Both the position numbers and the translations under genes were made by a program. This document shows, in pieces, positions 10,067-19,028 of a stretch of 64,000 nt of DNA; the first letter of the stretch is position 1; the number at the start of each line of letters is the position of its first letter. The notes under the pieces were generated by a model, which did not search any database, had not been told where the DNA came from, and saw only the letters and a program-made list of their open reading frames with translations. Location: NCBI GenBank assembly GCA_017447805.1, contig JAFSMR010000001.1, positions 36,371-100,370 on the forward strand, given 5' to 3'. The DNA comes from Kiritimatiellia bacterium. GTDB lineage: Bacteria; Verrucomicrobiota; Kiritimatiellia; RFP12; UBA1067.

Positions 10067-12292
10067 TTATACTATAGAAATGGCGTCTATGTCAATCGTC
10101 AAGCGAATTTCCTTTGGTGAAGAGCGCTCCTCTAGAAGCCACGTCCAAGCGGCGCGAATCGCCGCTACGCTCTGGCTTCGGATGGTGATTTGCCATCTAA
10201 ACCAGCCATCCGCCTTTTCGATCGCGCTTGGATATGCCTCGCTCACGTCAAACCAAACGCCTCGATTCTTGGAGCTGGCGATGCGCCTGGCGAAAGTCGC
10301 GAGGCTTTTCGAATACATGGTCGCCCAATCGGTCGCGATCTTCGGGTCCTTAGAAGCGATAGTCGCCGCGGCTAGATGGGTATAGGGCGGCAAATTCTGT
10401 TCGCGCCGCTCAACAAGCTCGTCTTTGGCAAATGCGGTGAAATCGCCCTTCGCCGCCGCGCGGATTACGGGATCGTCCGCATTGTAGGTTTGAATATATA
10501 CTTCACCCGGCAGCTCTGCGCGTCCGGCGCGTCCCGATACTTGCGCGAGCAATTGAAAAGTTCGTTCAGTGGCGCGGAAATCCGGCATATTCAAAGAGCT
10601 ATCGGCGTTCAGGACTCCGACTAGAGTAACATTCGGGAAATCCAGGCCCTTGGCGATCATTTGCGTGCCTAGCAAAATTTGCGCTTCGCCTCTGCGAAAT
10701 GCGCCGAGTATATCATCATGGGAATTGCGGCGGCTTGTGGAATCGGCGTCCATCCTCAATATCTTCGAGTCGGGGAAACATTTTTTCAGGGCATCTTCCG
10801 CCCTCTGGGTTCCGATTCCCTTATAGACAAGACTAGACGAGCCGCACTTGGGGCATTTCATCGGCACTGGAGCCCAAGCGCCGCAGATATGGCACCTTAG
10901 GCAACTATCCGCGCGATGATAAGTATAGGCGAGCGAGCAATTCGGGCACATGATGCTCTCGGAGCAATTTTCACACATAACCGAACGCGAAAAACCACGA
11001 CGATTCAAGAAAAGTATCATCTGTTCGCCGCGATCGAGTCTAAGCCTAATTGCATCCAAGAGCTCGCGGGAATAGATTTTCCCCGCGCTTTCCCCTTCCA
11101 TATCTACTATATTGACATACGGCAAGGTGCCGGCGCCCGCCCTGATATTCATTTCGGCGAGTTGATATTTGCCGGTTTGCGCGTTCTTCCAACTTTCCAA
11201 TGAAGGGGTCGCCGAGCCTAATATTACTTTCGCGCCCTCCAGCGCGCCACGCATTACAGCTACATCCCTCGCATTGTAGCGCGGCATGGAATCTTGCTTG
11301 TAGCTGGTATCATGTTCTTCATCTACTACAATCAGTCCAAGATTTTGCACGGGCGCGAATACCGCGCTTCGCGGGCCGACGGCGACTCGCGCCTCGCCAG
11401 AGCGAATTCTATGCCATTCATCGAATCTCTCGCCATCGGAAAGCGCGGAATGCAATACCGCGATTTTTTCGCCGAAGCGCGATGCAAATCGCTGGACGGT
11501 CTGGGGAGTTAGCGCAATTTCTGGAACAAGCACAATCGCGCCCTTGCCTTGATTCAGAACTTCTTCAATCGCCTGAAGATAGACTTCCGTCTTTCCGCTG
11601 CCCGTTATGCCCTTTAGCAACAATGGTTTTGTAGCGTCATTTATCGCCGCAAGCGCCGCACTTTGTTCGCTGTTTAGTTTCAGCTTTCGCGATGGCAATA
11701 TCCGTTTATTCGCGAGAGGATTACGCCGCCGCGCGATTGGCGCGACTTTAACGAAGCCCGCCTTTTCCATTTGACGCAATGTAGCGGGGGTCGTAGACAA
11801 TTCATTGCAAAGCGAATTCAGCCAACCGCCACCAAGCCTTTCGATTTGCTCTAACAACCATTGCTGACGCTTTGTGAGCTTGATTTCGGCGCCGGCGGAT
11901 TGTGGGGCGGTGTTGCTCGCAATCGCCTCTACATATAACTGAAGCTTTTCGCTAGCGCCAGGTTTCATTACAGAAGAAGGCACGGCCGCTTTCAATACGC
12001 TCTCTATTGGCGAGATCGTATATTTCGCGATTTGTTCTGCGAGTATGAGCGTTTTAAACGAGAAAAATGGATTTTTATCGACTATTTTATTGATTTTCTT
12101 CAGTTTATACTTGCGCTCCTGCGCTTCGCGCGATGGATTTTCGGCGATTTTCATCGCAAAAGCGCGCGCTTCGCGTCCCGAAAATGGTACCGAAAGGAGC
12201 TGGCCTACAACCAGCTCCTTCTCTAGCGCCTCAGGGACTTCGTATTCGAATAACCTATCCAGCGCCAAGTCTATAGCAACTTGAACTACCAC
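10067..12292 (-). CDS. priA: primosomal protein N' (replication restart helicase PriA)
   Basis: 741 aa. Walker A GITGSGKT, DEEHD box, and a double Cys4 zinc-binding region (CENCSESIMCPNC...CHICG...CPKCGS). Confidence 0.9.
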   Translation of the reverse strand: MVVQVAIDLALDRLFEYEVPEALEKELVVGQLLSVPFSGREARAFAMKIAENPSREAQERKYKLKKINKIVDKNPFFSFKTLILAEQIAKYTISPIESVLKAAVPSSVMKPGASEKLQLYVEAIASNTAPQSAGAEIKLTKRQQWLLEQIERLGGGWLNSLCNELSTTPATLRQMEKAGFVKVAPIARRRNPLANKRILPSRKLKLNSEQSAALAAINDATKPLLLKGITGSGKTEVYLQAIEEVLNQGKGAIVLVPEIALTPQTVQRFASRFGEKIAVLHSALSDGERFDEWHRIRSGEARVAVGPRSAVFAPVQNLGLIVVDEEHDTSYKQDSMPRYNARDVAVMRGALEGAKVILGSATPSLESWKNAQTGKYQLAEMNIRAGAGTLPYVNIVDMEGESAGKIYSRELLDAIRLRLDRGEQMILFLNRRGFSRSVMCENCSESIMCPNCSLAYTYHRADSCLRCHICGAWAPVPMKCPKCGSSSLVYKGIGTQRAEDALKKCFPDSKILRMDADSTSRRNSHDDILGAFRRGEAQILLGTQMIAKGLDFPNVTLVGVLNADSSLNMPDFRATERTFQLLAQVSGRAGRAELPGEVYIQTYNADDPVIRAAAKGDFTAFAKDELVERREQNLPPYTHLAAATIASKDPKIATDWATMYSKSLATFARRIASSKNRGVWFDVSEAYPSAIEKADGWFRWQITIRSQSVAAIRAAWTWLLEERSSPKEIRLTIDIDAISIV

Positions 12293-12298
12293 TTTCTA

Positions 12299-13036
12299 TT
12301 AAGGAACGAGGTACTTCATCGTCACGCTCTCGGGAACCGTGAAGCTCTGACGCTTGTAGACATCGTTGACCTTGGCATCCTTCGCCTTGATTACATCCGT
12401 GCCGCCGCCCTTGCGAACGAGAACAAAGCCCTTGTTGCTGAACGGCTGAGAGTAGGTCTTGCCAAGCGTAATCTTCTCCTTGACCGTGCCCATGGAGTGG
12501 GTGCCGGAGCTTACGGGGAAGAAGCTTGGATCGGTCGTCGCGTTACGCGAGATGAAGACGGGAACAATATCTTCAAGACCATCATCAGGCATACCGCCGA
12601 GGACTGTCCAGCCGATATTCTTCTGATCGAACTTGCCGCTGCCGCTATGCGCAGGAACACCAGGTCCGCCGACTACCTTGACATCGACATCTACATAACG
12701 ATCTTGCGACCAATCGTCAGTTCCATATTCATCCATCTTGAATAGCTCGTTGAAGTATTCGGTCGAAGTTCCGAACGTCTTGCCGGCGATATCGTCGGAA
12801 TCCGAGGAGGGGTTTTCGACCTTCGGCCAAACAGAGGAACCGGTGGTGCTCTGACGGTCGAGGTTGGCTGTCGTAATCGCCTTGAAGAGGTTTGAACCGT
12901 TGATCGACATCGCCGAAGCGTTAGCCGAGAACATGGCCGCGCCAATCGCTGGGAATAGCGCACCCATCAAAATGCCGAGAATGCCGATTACTACCAGCAA
13001 CTCGACCAGCGTGAATCCTTTGGACTGTTTTTTCAT
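12299..13036 (-). CDS. prepilin-type N-terminal cleavage/methylation domain protein (type IV pilin / T2SS pseudopilin-like)
   Basis: N-terminus MKKQSKGFTLVELLVVIGILGIL is the class III signal peptide with methylation motif G/FTLVE. Confidence 0.8.
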   Translation of the reverse strand: MKKQSKGFTLVELLVVIGILGILMGALFPAIGAAMFSANASAMSINGSNLFKAITTANLDRQSTTGSSVWPKVENPSSDSDDIAGKTFGTSTEYFNELFKMDEYGTDDWSQDRYVDVDVKVVGGPGVPAHSGSGKFDQKNIGWTVLGGMPDDGLEDIVPVFISRNATTDPSFFPVSSGTHSMGTVKEKITLGKTYSQPFSNKGFVLVRKGGGTDVIKAKDAKVNDVYKRQSFTVPESVTMKYLVP

Positions 13037-13078
13037 ATAGCTACTTCTTCCTTTCTTGAGTTTTCACTTTGTATTATC

Positions 13079-13714
13079 TCAAATTTCCCGTTTCCTTTCA
13101 AGTGCCTTTTTTAAATAAGGTGCATAGGCCTTTGTATAGGAATAGAACGAAAAAGCGTTAAGACCAATCATCGCGGCCTCTGAAATATAGCATAAAACAA
13201 GCAATGTTCGCTCTAGCCAACAGGGCGAAATGGCGTTGAAAACGACATAGGCGTAGATGAGGCCTGCGGTAGGGAAGGTAAGAGCGGTGCGAACCTTTCC
13301 AAGCCACATCGCGGCCCCATCGCCGCCATAGAGCGACGCTACCGACCGCATGAAAGTAACCCATAGATCGCGCAGGGTATAGAGTATCGTAAAGCCTAGC
13401 AGCACAAGCGAATGCCATTCGCCGCCCGGCTGATGCATGACAAGCCATGTAAGGGACGGGAACACCACTACGTATACCGCCTTATCCATGAGAGGGTCGG
13501 CCATCTTGCCTAGAGGCGTCACTACATTCCAGCGCCTCGCGAGAAGCCCATCCGCCAAATCCGTAATGCCCGATAGAAACAGCGCGGTGCCGGCGAAGAA
13601 ACCCGGCCAAAAGCCGCCGGCGTATTCTTCATATAGCGCAAAGCCCAGCCACGCGAATATGATCGGCAGACGGGAAAACGTCAATGCGTTTACTATAAGC
13701 GGCCGTTTGCTCAC
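13079..13714 (-). CDS. CDP-alcohol phosphatidyltransferase family protein
   Basis: 211-aa membrane protein with the CDP-OH_P_transf motif DLADGLLARRWNVVTPLGKMADPLMDK. Confidence 0.75.
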   Translation of the reverse strand: MSKRPLIVNALTFSRLPIIFAWLGFALYEEYAGGFWPGFFAGTALFLSGITDLADGLLARRWNVVTPLGKMADPLMDKAVYVVVFPSLTWLVMHQPGGEWHSLVLLGFTILYTLRDLWVTFMRSVASLYGGDGAAMWLGKVRTALTFPTAGLIYAYVVFNAISPCWLERTLLVLCYISEAAMIGLNAFSFYSYTKAYAPYLKKALERKREI

Positions 13715-14055
13715 TCGGCGTTAAGCCCTTCCGCGATTACATCCTGTATTACGCTCATCGCTTCCTGGATATGCGTAAGACGCGATTTGAGCGCTTGAAT
13801 CTGCAATTCCGCCTTCTGATAATTGCGGCGCGTAGCAAACAGCTGTTGCAGAATTTCGCCCTTGTCCATATCAAGGTCGCCAAGCTCCATCCCCTCGGGA
13901 ATCGGCACGAGAATCGACTTGCCGCAGCTGGTGCAGTCTATCGAAAGCCCTGCCCCGCGGTAATCGATTACATGATTCATACCGCAATACGGACAATCGA
14001 AGCTGATATCCGTTGCTCTAATTTCGCCGGCGTCAGTAGGTTCTTTCTCGCTCAT
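13711..14055 (-). CDS. zinc-ribbon domain protein, unknown function
   Basis: 114 aa with CPYCGMNH...CTSCGKS. Start overlaps the upstream gene by 4 bp. Confidence 0.5.
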   Translation of the reverse strand: MSEKEPTDAGEIRATDISFDCPYCGMNHVIDYRGAGLSIDCTSCGKSILVPIPEGMELGDLDMDKGEILQQLFATRRNYQKAELQIQALKSRLTHIQEAMSVIQDVIAEGLNAE

Positions 14056-14165
14056 CTCGTGCTCCTTCTAATAAAGAGTCCTCATCTTTTGCCCTATATT
14101 ATAGCATATTCTCGCTCCTCGGTCTAGGGGGAAAATCGAGTTTCGAGTTCAAGGCCATTTGCTTT

Positions 14166-14390
14166 TCGATATCTGATTTTGGATATCGCAAAACGAGCGG
14201 TTGTTTTGGGTCAACGAGTTTCAGATATCCCAAAACAAGCGGTTGATTTCCTTCGGCTGGTTTTGATTATCGAAAAACAACCGGTCGTTTTGGCTCGGCG
14301 AGTTTCAGATATCGAAAAGCAAGCGGTCGTTTTGGCTCGCTCGGTTTTGAACGGAGGAAAGCAACCGATGGAAAGGATTTTCGGCCTTTA
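14166..14390. repeat. about 5 imperfect tandem copies of a roughly 40-bp unit, each containing an AAAAC-N8-GTTTT dyad
   Basis: aaaacgagcggttgttttgggtcaacgagtttcagatatc / aaaacaagcggttgatttcc... / aaaacaaccggtcgttttggctcggcgagtttcagatatcg / aaaagcaagcggtcgttttggctcg... read directly. Confidence 0.8.
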
Positions 14391-14501
14391 CGGGGAAAAA
14401 TCAGGCACCGGTTGTGAAATTTCTAGACACGATTTTTTAAAAAAAATCTGCGTTTCGCCCAATGTTTACGGGCATTTTTGCACAATCGGAAAAATAGTCT
14501 A

Positions 14502-14531
14502 TTGACAAAAATTTGTACCTCGTTATATAAT
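14502..14531 (+). promoter_or_regulatory. near-consensus sigma70 promoter (TTGACA, 16-18 bp spacer, TATATAAT)
   Basis: attgacaaaaatttgtacctcgttatataatatg. Followed at 14543 by AAGGAG and a short ORF. Confidence 0.6.
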
Positions 14532-14558
14532 ATGTCGCGTCAAAAGGAGTTAATGTAA

Positions 14559-14654
14559 ATGAAGAAATTTATAGTGATACCATTCGTAAGCGTAGCGGCG
14601 CGACAAGCGCGGCCCTCCCTATTAAACAACCTTTGCGCCTTGAGCGCGAGATAA
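14559..14654 (+). CDS. 31-aa small ORF (MKKFIVIPFVSVAARQARPSLLNNLCALSAR) driven by the strong promoter; may instead be the 5' end of a non-coding RNA
   Basis: AAGGAG RBS 10 nt upstream, preceded by a start-stop ATGTAA. Hydrophobic N-terminus. Confidence 0.3.
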   Translation: MKKFIVIPFVSVAARQARPSLLNNLCALSAR

Positions 14655-14700
14655 AAACCACTAACCACCAACCACTAACTACTAATTACTAACTAATCTA
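14655..14700. repeat. ACTAAC/ACCAAC hexamer microsatellite (aaccactaaccaccaaccactaactactaattactaactaatc)
   Basis: Seen directly. Located immediately downstream of the small ORF. Confidence 0.7.
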
Positions 14701-15060
14701 AAGGGAGACGTCCCGAAAAGACAACGAAATAACGAAAAACTGAAATTAACATAAAAACCTGCAAAAAACACCCCTCCCAAAGGGCAATCGGAGATAATAC
14801 GCATGACTAGCAGTGCAAATGAAAGAGAACAGAGAGAAAGTAGCAAAGAGAGAAAAGAGAAAGCAAAATCCCCCTCCCCCTCCCCAGCGCGCGGCGCGCG
14901 GCGCTATTTCGATAATGAAAAGCATCTCGAACGCACCGTTGAAGGTTTGAAGATTGAACGAATGGACGCTAGTTCTAGGCATTCTAGTTATTCTGGCTAT
15001 TCTAGACAATCTAGAATTTCTAGAGTTGCCAGAAAACCTAGAAACGCGATTTTAGCCGTC

Positions 15061-15669
15061 CTAGGCTTCGTAAGGGCGGATGCGCAAGGTGACGCCGAGG
15101 CGAGAACAAATTTCGCGGCAGCGTTGTTGCTTCTCGGGGGTAGTTACAGGTTCGCCGACAATTGTCATAACTACATTAGGAACATAGTACTTCGCTTCAG
15201 AGGCGAATTTGAGCATAGCGCTATAGGAATCGCGTCCGAATTTCGGGCGGCACATCACAAAATATTCATCTGCGTCATCGGTGTTGAGAGAAATAGAAAG
15301 AGTATCGACTTTCTTAGCGAAAAGCGCGGCGGTCGATTTGCCGTTAATCAAATCGGAAAGACCGTTTGTGTTTACTCTTATCGGGATTTCCGGGTGATGC
15401 TCCTTCATAAATGCGGCGGCGGCAAGAAGAGTATCAAGCCGCTCCGTCGGCTCGCCATACCCGCAAAATACTACTTCTTTATAGAGCGGCCAATTCCATT
15501 TTTCAAGGCTTTCGACGACTTCATCGAGCGCAGGTTCGCGCTCGAGCCAAAGGCTATCCGAACCATATACGCCCGGGCCATTTTGTCTTAGACAGAATTT
15601 GCATGCGCACGGGCATTTATTGGTAATGTTTACATAAACCGCATTTTTGACTTGGTAGGTAATAGTCAT
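15061..15669 (-). CDS. small radical SAM protein (TatD-associated radical SAM family-like)
   Basis: 202 aa. N-terminal CPCACKFC contains the CxxxCxxC radical SAM cluster motif. Size and N-terminus (VYVNITNKCP) resemble the roughly 200-aa TatD-associated radical SAM family. Confidence 0.6.
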   Translation of the reverse strand: MTITYQVKNAVYVNITNKCPCACKFCLRQNGPGVYGSDSLWLEREPALDEVVESLEKWNWPLYKEVVFCGYGEPTERLDTLLAAAAFMKEHHPEIPIRVNTNGLSDLINGKSTAALFAKKVDTLSISLNTDDADEYFVMCRPKFGRDSYSAMLKFASEAKYYVPNVVMTIVGEPVTTPEKQQRCREICSRLGVTLRIRPYEA

Positions 15670-15674
15670 GATTT

Positions 15675-15971
15675 TTATGATGGGAAGAGTTTATCTAAAA
15701 TCTGCTCGGCGGGAGTAAAGTATTTCTTTTCGTTATTGCAATCTTTGCAACACGGCACGCAATTTGCGCGAGTCGATTTTCCTCCGCGCGCGACGGGGAT
15801 TACATGGTCCATCGTCAAGTTTTCGCGTCCGACTTTTTTTCCGCAATAATGGCAAACGCCTTTATCCAATTTGGCGCGCCACCAATCCGTTGCGCGAAGC
15901 TCGCGCGCGCGCGCCCTTTCGCGTTTTGCGTGAGCCGGGTCAGATTGGATATCTAGCCACTCGTCGCTCAT
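15675..15971 (-). CDS. HNH endonuclease domain protein
   Basis: 98 aa with CHYCGKK...DHVIPVARGG...NCVPCCKDCNNEK, an HNH motif with zinc ligands. Stop overlaps the GT2 gene start (ATGA). Confidence 0.75.
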   Translation of the reverse strand: MSDEWLDIQSDPAHAKRERARARELRATDWWRAKLDKGVCHYCGKKVGRENLTMDHVIPVARGGKSTRANCVPCCKDCNNEKKYFTPAEQILDKLFPS

Positions 15972-17788
15972 TTCGCTTTATCCTTTCCGATAAATTCGCA
16001 AGGCGCTTTTTTGGCCAGCAGCCCTTGGATAAACCGAAGGCCGTATGTAATATGGGTCAAGAAAACCCCGACTGCGCCCAATATCCACGACGCGGGATTG
16101 AAGCTGAATACTGTAGCGAGCGTCAGCGCGAAATATACGAGTAGCGGCGCAACAGAAAGCCAAACGGAAAACGCCGGCAAGAGACCCGAAAACCCAAAAG
16201 GCAAAATCGCCAATAGCAATATGGAAATATACGCGACGAACAGCGACGGCACGAAATATGAAAGATGCAAAGAATTCGATGGGAAGCGTTTGCAAAAATA
16301 TCCGCGATGAAATGCGTAGCGCCCGAGCTGCCTTAAATGCGGCGCAAAAATCGCGCGGCGATGATGATAAACGATTACCCACGGGTCGTATACGATACGA
16401 TAGGAGCTATCGATAATATCTTTACAAAGAAGAGTATCTTCGCCCGGCCAAAAATCTATTCTGTAGCCGCCGATCTTATGGAGGATATCTTTTCTCACGA
16501 GCAAATTGCAGCTCGGGTAATCATCGACATCTCTTCTTACCCCGCCAGCTACATATCTATAGCGATAGTTGCCTGCAACGAGGAAGCTGGAATATATTCG
16601 CCCGCCGATTTTCGCGAGGAACGAATCGTTCGGCGGGGTCACACCCGGCCCCCCCACCGCGCCGATATCAGAAGCGCCGAAATAACGAATCGCATATTCG
16701 AGCCAGTGCGCATCAGGATAGGCGTCGTCATCGATAAACGCCACGATTTCGCCGCGAGAGAGGCGTATGCCTTCGTTGCGTTTTTCGGCTGGCCGAACCT
16801 TGCCCGTAGGCACTATCTTTATGCGAGAATCCGGCTCGCCAAATTCGAAATTTTCATCCGGCAATACAATCGCTTCCCAATTCGCATAGCTTTGTTCTTT
16901 GAGACCGGCGATACATTCGTTCAAAAGCGCGCTTGGACCAGGGCACGCAATCACGACCGAAACGAGAGGAGGAGTCGCCATCGGGCAAACAGGCTCTACA
17001 CGCTCGTAATACTTGAGAATCTTAAGACGATAAAAGACGGCAAGCGAATCGAGAGCCATCGAGTTGACCGTATTGGGCTTGAGCGCGCCGAATTTATTGC
17101 CGAATTTTATGACGACCGGCGCTTCTGCGATTCGCGCGCCGCGCGAATGCGCAATCGCGAGAAGCTCCAAATCGAATGCGTATGTTTTGACCAGCATCCT
17201 ATCAAGAGCCTCGCCCAGCACCTTGCGCCGGAATAGCTTCATGCCCGTCTGGGTATCGGTAATCGGTAGACCTATAAAAATTCTGACAAGCGTAAAATAA
17301 AACCAGCTGACGAGGCGCCTATGCCAAGGATATTGCACAACCGAGCGCCGATGACGCTTCGACCCGATTACGATATCGGCGTTTTTGTTCCGCATCTGCT
17401 CGAAGAAGAATGGCGTTTGTTTCGGTTTTATATCCAAGTCGCCATCTAACAGCATTACATATTCACCTTCGGCTTTTCCGAAACCGGCTCTAAGCGCACC
17501 GCCTTTGCCGCCGTTTTTTTCCAGCAAGACAGGCGTTATCTTCACATACTTCCAAGCGTCATGATTCGAGGAAAGGAATTTTTTGATTTCTTCCTGGGTT
17601 CCATCGCTCGACCCATCATCGACAGGGATAAGCTGAGTGCGTATTTCGTGCTCTTCGTATAGCTTCGCGGTCTCGGCAAGATTTTGCACGATGGAGGATG
17701 CGAGATTGTATACCGGCATTATTACGCTCAGCGTATCGGCGCCCAATATCTCGCGGGTCAAGACCCACCTCTCGGCATTTTTCGTCAT
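15968..17788 (-). CDS. membrane-anchored protein with two glycosyltransferase family 2 domains
   Basis: 606 aa. Two GT-A modules (SVIMPVYN...DDGSSDGT...DGD and VSVVIACPG...IDDDAYPD). C-terminal transmembrane helices. Confidence 0.75.
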   Translation of the reverse strand: MTKNAERWVLTREILGADTLSVIMPVYNLASSIVQNLAETAKLYEEHEIRTQLIPVDDGSSDGTQEEIKKFLSSNHDAWKYVKITPVLLEKNGGKGGALRAGFGKAEGEYVMLLDGDLDIKPKQTPFFFEQMRNKNADIVIGSKRHRRSVVQYPWHRRLVSWFYFTLVRIFIGLPITDTQTGMKLFRRKVLGEALDRMLVKTYAFDLELLAIAHSRGARIAEAPVVIKFGNKFGALKPNTVNSMALDSLAVFYRLKILKYYERVEPVCPMATPPLVSVVIACPGPSALLNECIAGLKEQSYANWEAIVLPDENFEFGEPDSRIKIVPTGKVRPAEKRNEGIRLSRGEIVAFIDDDAYPDAHWLEYAIRYFGASDIGAVGGPGVTPPNDSFLAKIGGRIYSSFLVAGNYRYRYVAGGVRRDVDDYPSCNLLVRKDILHKIGGYRIDFWPGEDTLLCKDIIDSSYRIVYDPWVIVYHHRRAIFAPHLRQLGRYAFHRGYFCKRFPSNSLHLSYFVPSLFVAYISILLLAILPFGFSGLLPAFSVWLSVAPLLVYFALTLATVFSFNPASWILGAVGVFLTHITYGLRFIQGLLAKKAPCEFIGKDKAK

Positions 17789-17790
17789 AC

Positions 17791-19005
17791 TTATCCGATT
17801 GAAGAAGAAACCTGGAACACTGCCATCAAGATAGAAACGGCGACAAATCCCACGGCGCCGGCGATGAGAACAATCAAGATTGGTTCAAGCGCATTTGTAA
17901 ACGCGGTGATATTGCGGTCCATATCTTTTTGATATCGCTTGCCGATATGTTCGAGCGAGCCTGCCATATCGCCAGCTTGCTCGCCGACCGAAAGCATATC
18001 GGTCATCATACGAGGGAATACGCCGCTCGAAGCAAGAGGACCGGAAATCGAAGTTCCATCTGTTACGCGCTGGCGAGCGGTCTTCAAAGCCGAGCCGATT
18101 ACGGCGTTGCCGCATGTTTCCTCGGCGATTTTCAGCGCCTGCAAAACATTGACGCCGTTCGTAAGAAGCGTCTTCAAAGTATAGGCCAGGGTAGAATACG
18201 CGCCAGTAGCAACGATGCCGGAAATCAGCGGCGCTTTAAGCTTCCATCCGTCGATTTTAAGTCTGCCCTTCTCGGTCTTGCTCCATCTCCTAAACCACCA
18301 AACGAAAAGTCCCAAGCCGATTGCCATAAGCCAGCCGTAATTTATAAGCCCGTCGCTCATTGCGATCAGCATACGCGTCGGCAAAGGCAAGGTGGCGTTC
18401 ATCGATTCAAAGACTTTCTGGAATTTCGGGATAATCCAGACAAGCGCGGCGATGACGGCGAACACGCCGAACACAAGAACGATAATCGGGTAGCTGAGCG
18501 CGCTCTTGATCTTACCTCTCATATTATCATAGCGCTCGTAGTGATCGCCAAGGCGACGCAATACTTCGACCATCGCGCCGGAAGCTTCAGCCGCGCGAAT
18601 CATATTCCCATAGAGAGGTTCGAAAGTCTTTGGATGATGGAAGCAAGCGTCGGAAAACGTTTCGCCGCGAACAATCCTATCGCACAGGTCTTGGCAGACG
18701 TATTTTTGTCCGCTCAATTCTTCGCCTTGATTTGCCAGCGCCTGCAAAGCTTGACCAAGCGTCATGCCCGCCTCGATGAGGTCTGCAAGTTCCGAAGTAA
18801 AGAGAAGGACTTCGAGGCGCGTCATGAAAGTTTTTGCTTTCGCGCCGCCGATCTGCATATTCCAGATCGATTCCTTCTTTTCTTTCTTACCGGAACTTTG
18901 CTTCGTGCGGGAAGTCGCCTCGCCAGAAGCCGAAGGCGCATCTGCTCGCGCGCCGGCAGTCTTGGCGCGCGATATCGAAGCAGAACTCTTTTTGGCGTAG
19001 CCCAT
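17791..19005 (-). CDS. type II secretion system F family protein (GspF/PilC-like platform protein)
   Basis: 404 aa with duplicated T2SSF domains and three TM segments. Confidence 0.8.
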   Translation of the reverse strand: MGYAKKSSASISRAKTAGARADAPSASGEATSRTKQSSGKKEKKESIWNMQIGGAKAKTFMTRLEVLLFTSELADLIEAGMTLGQALQALANQGEELSGQKYVCQDLCDRIVRGETFSDACFHHPKTFEPLYGNMIRAAEASGAMVEVLRRLGDHYERYDNMRGKIKSALSYPIIVLVFGVFAVIAALVWIIPKFQKVFESMNATLPLPTRMLIAMSDGLINYGWLMAIGLGLFVWWFRRWSKTEKGRLKIDGWKLKAPLISGIVATGAYSTLAYTLKTLLTNGVNVLQALKIAEETCGNAVIGSALKTARQRVTDGTSISGPLASSGVFPRMMTDMLSVGEQAGDMAGSLEHIGKRYQKDMDRNITAFTNALEPILIVLIAGAVGFVAVSILMAVFQVSSSIG

Positions 19006-19028
19006 GCGCTTTTCTATTATCCTTTATC

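Noticed and set aside
14166-14390. Possible CRISPR array (regular repeats with dyad symmetry)
   Set aside because: Unit length is irregular and the spacers are near-identical variants of each other. There are no cas genes nearby. The repeats behave as degenerate tandem duplications or iterons. The 35262-35440 array is rejected as CRISPR for the same reasons.
14803-15591. 262-aa plus-strand ORF beginning in the CTAG-rich region
   Set aside because: It has a Lys/Glu/Ser low-complexity N-terminus translated from repeats, then runs antisense through the radical SAM gene. No motif support.
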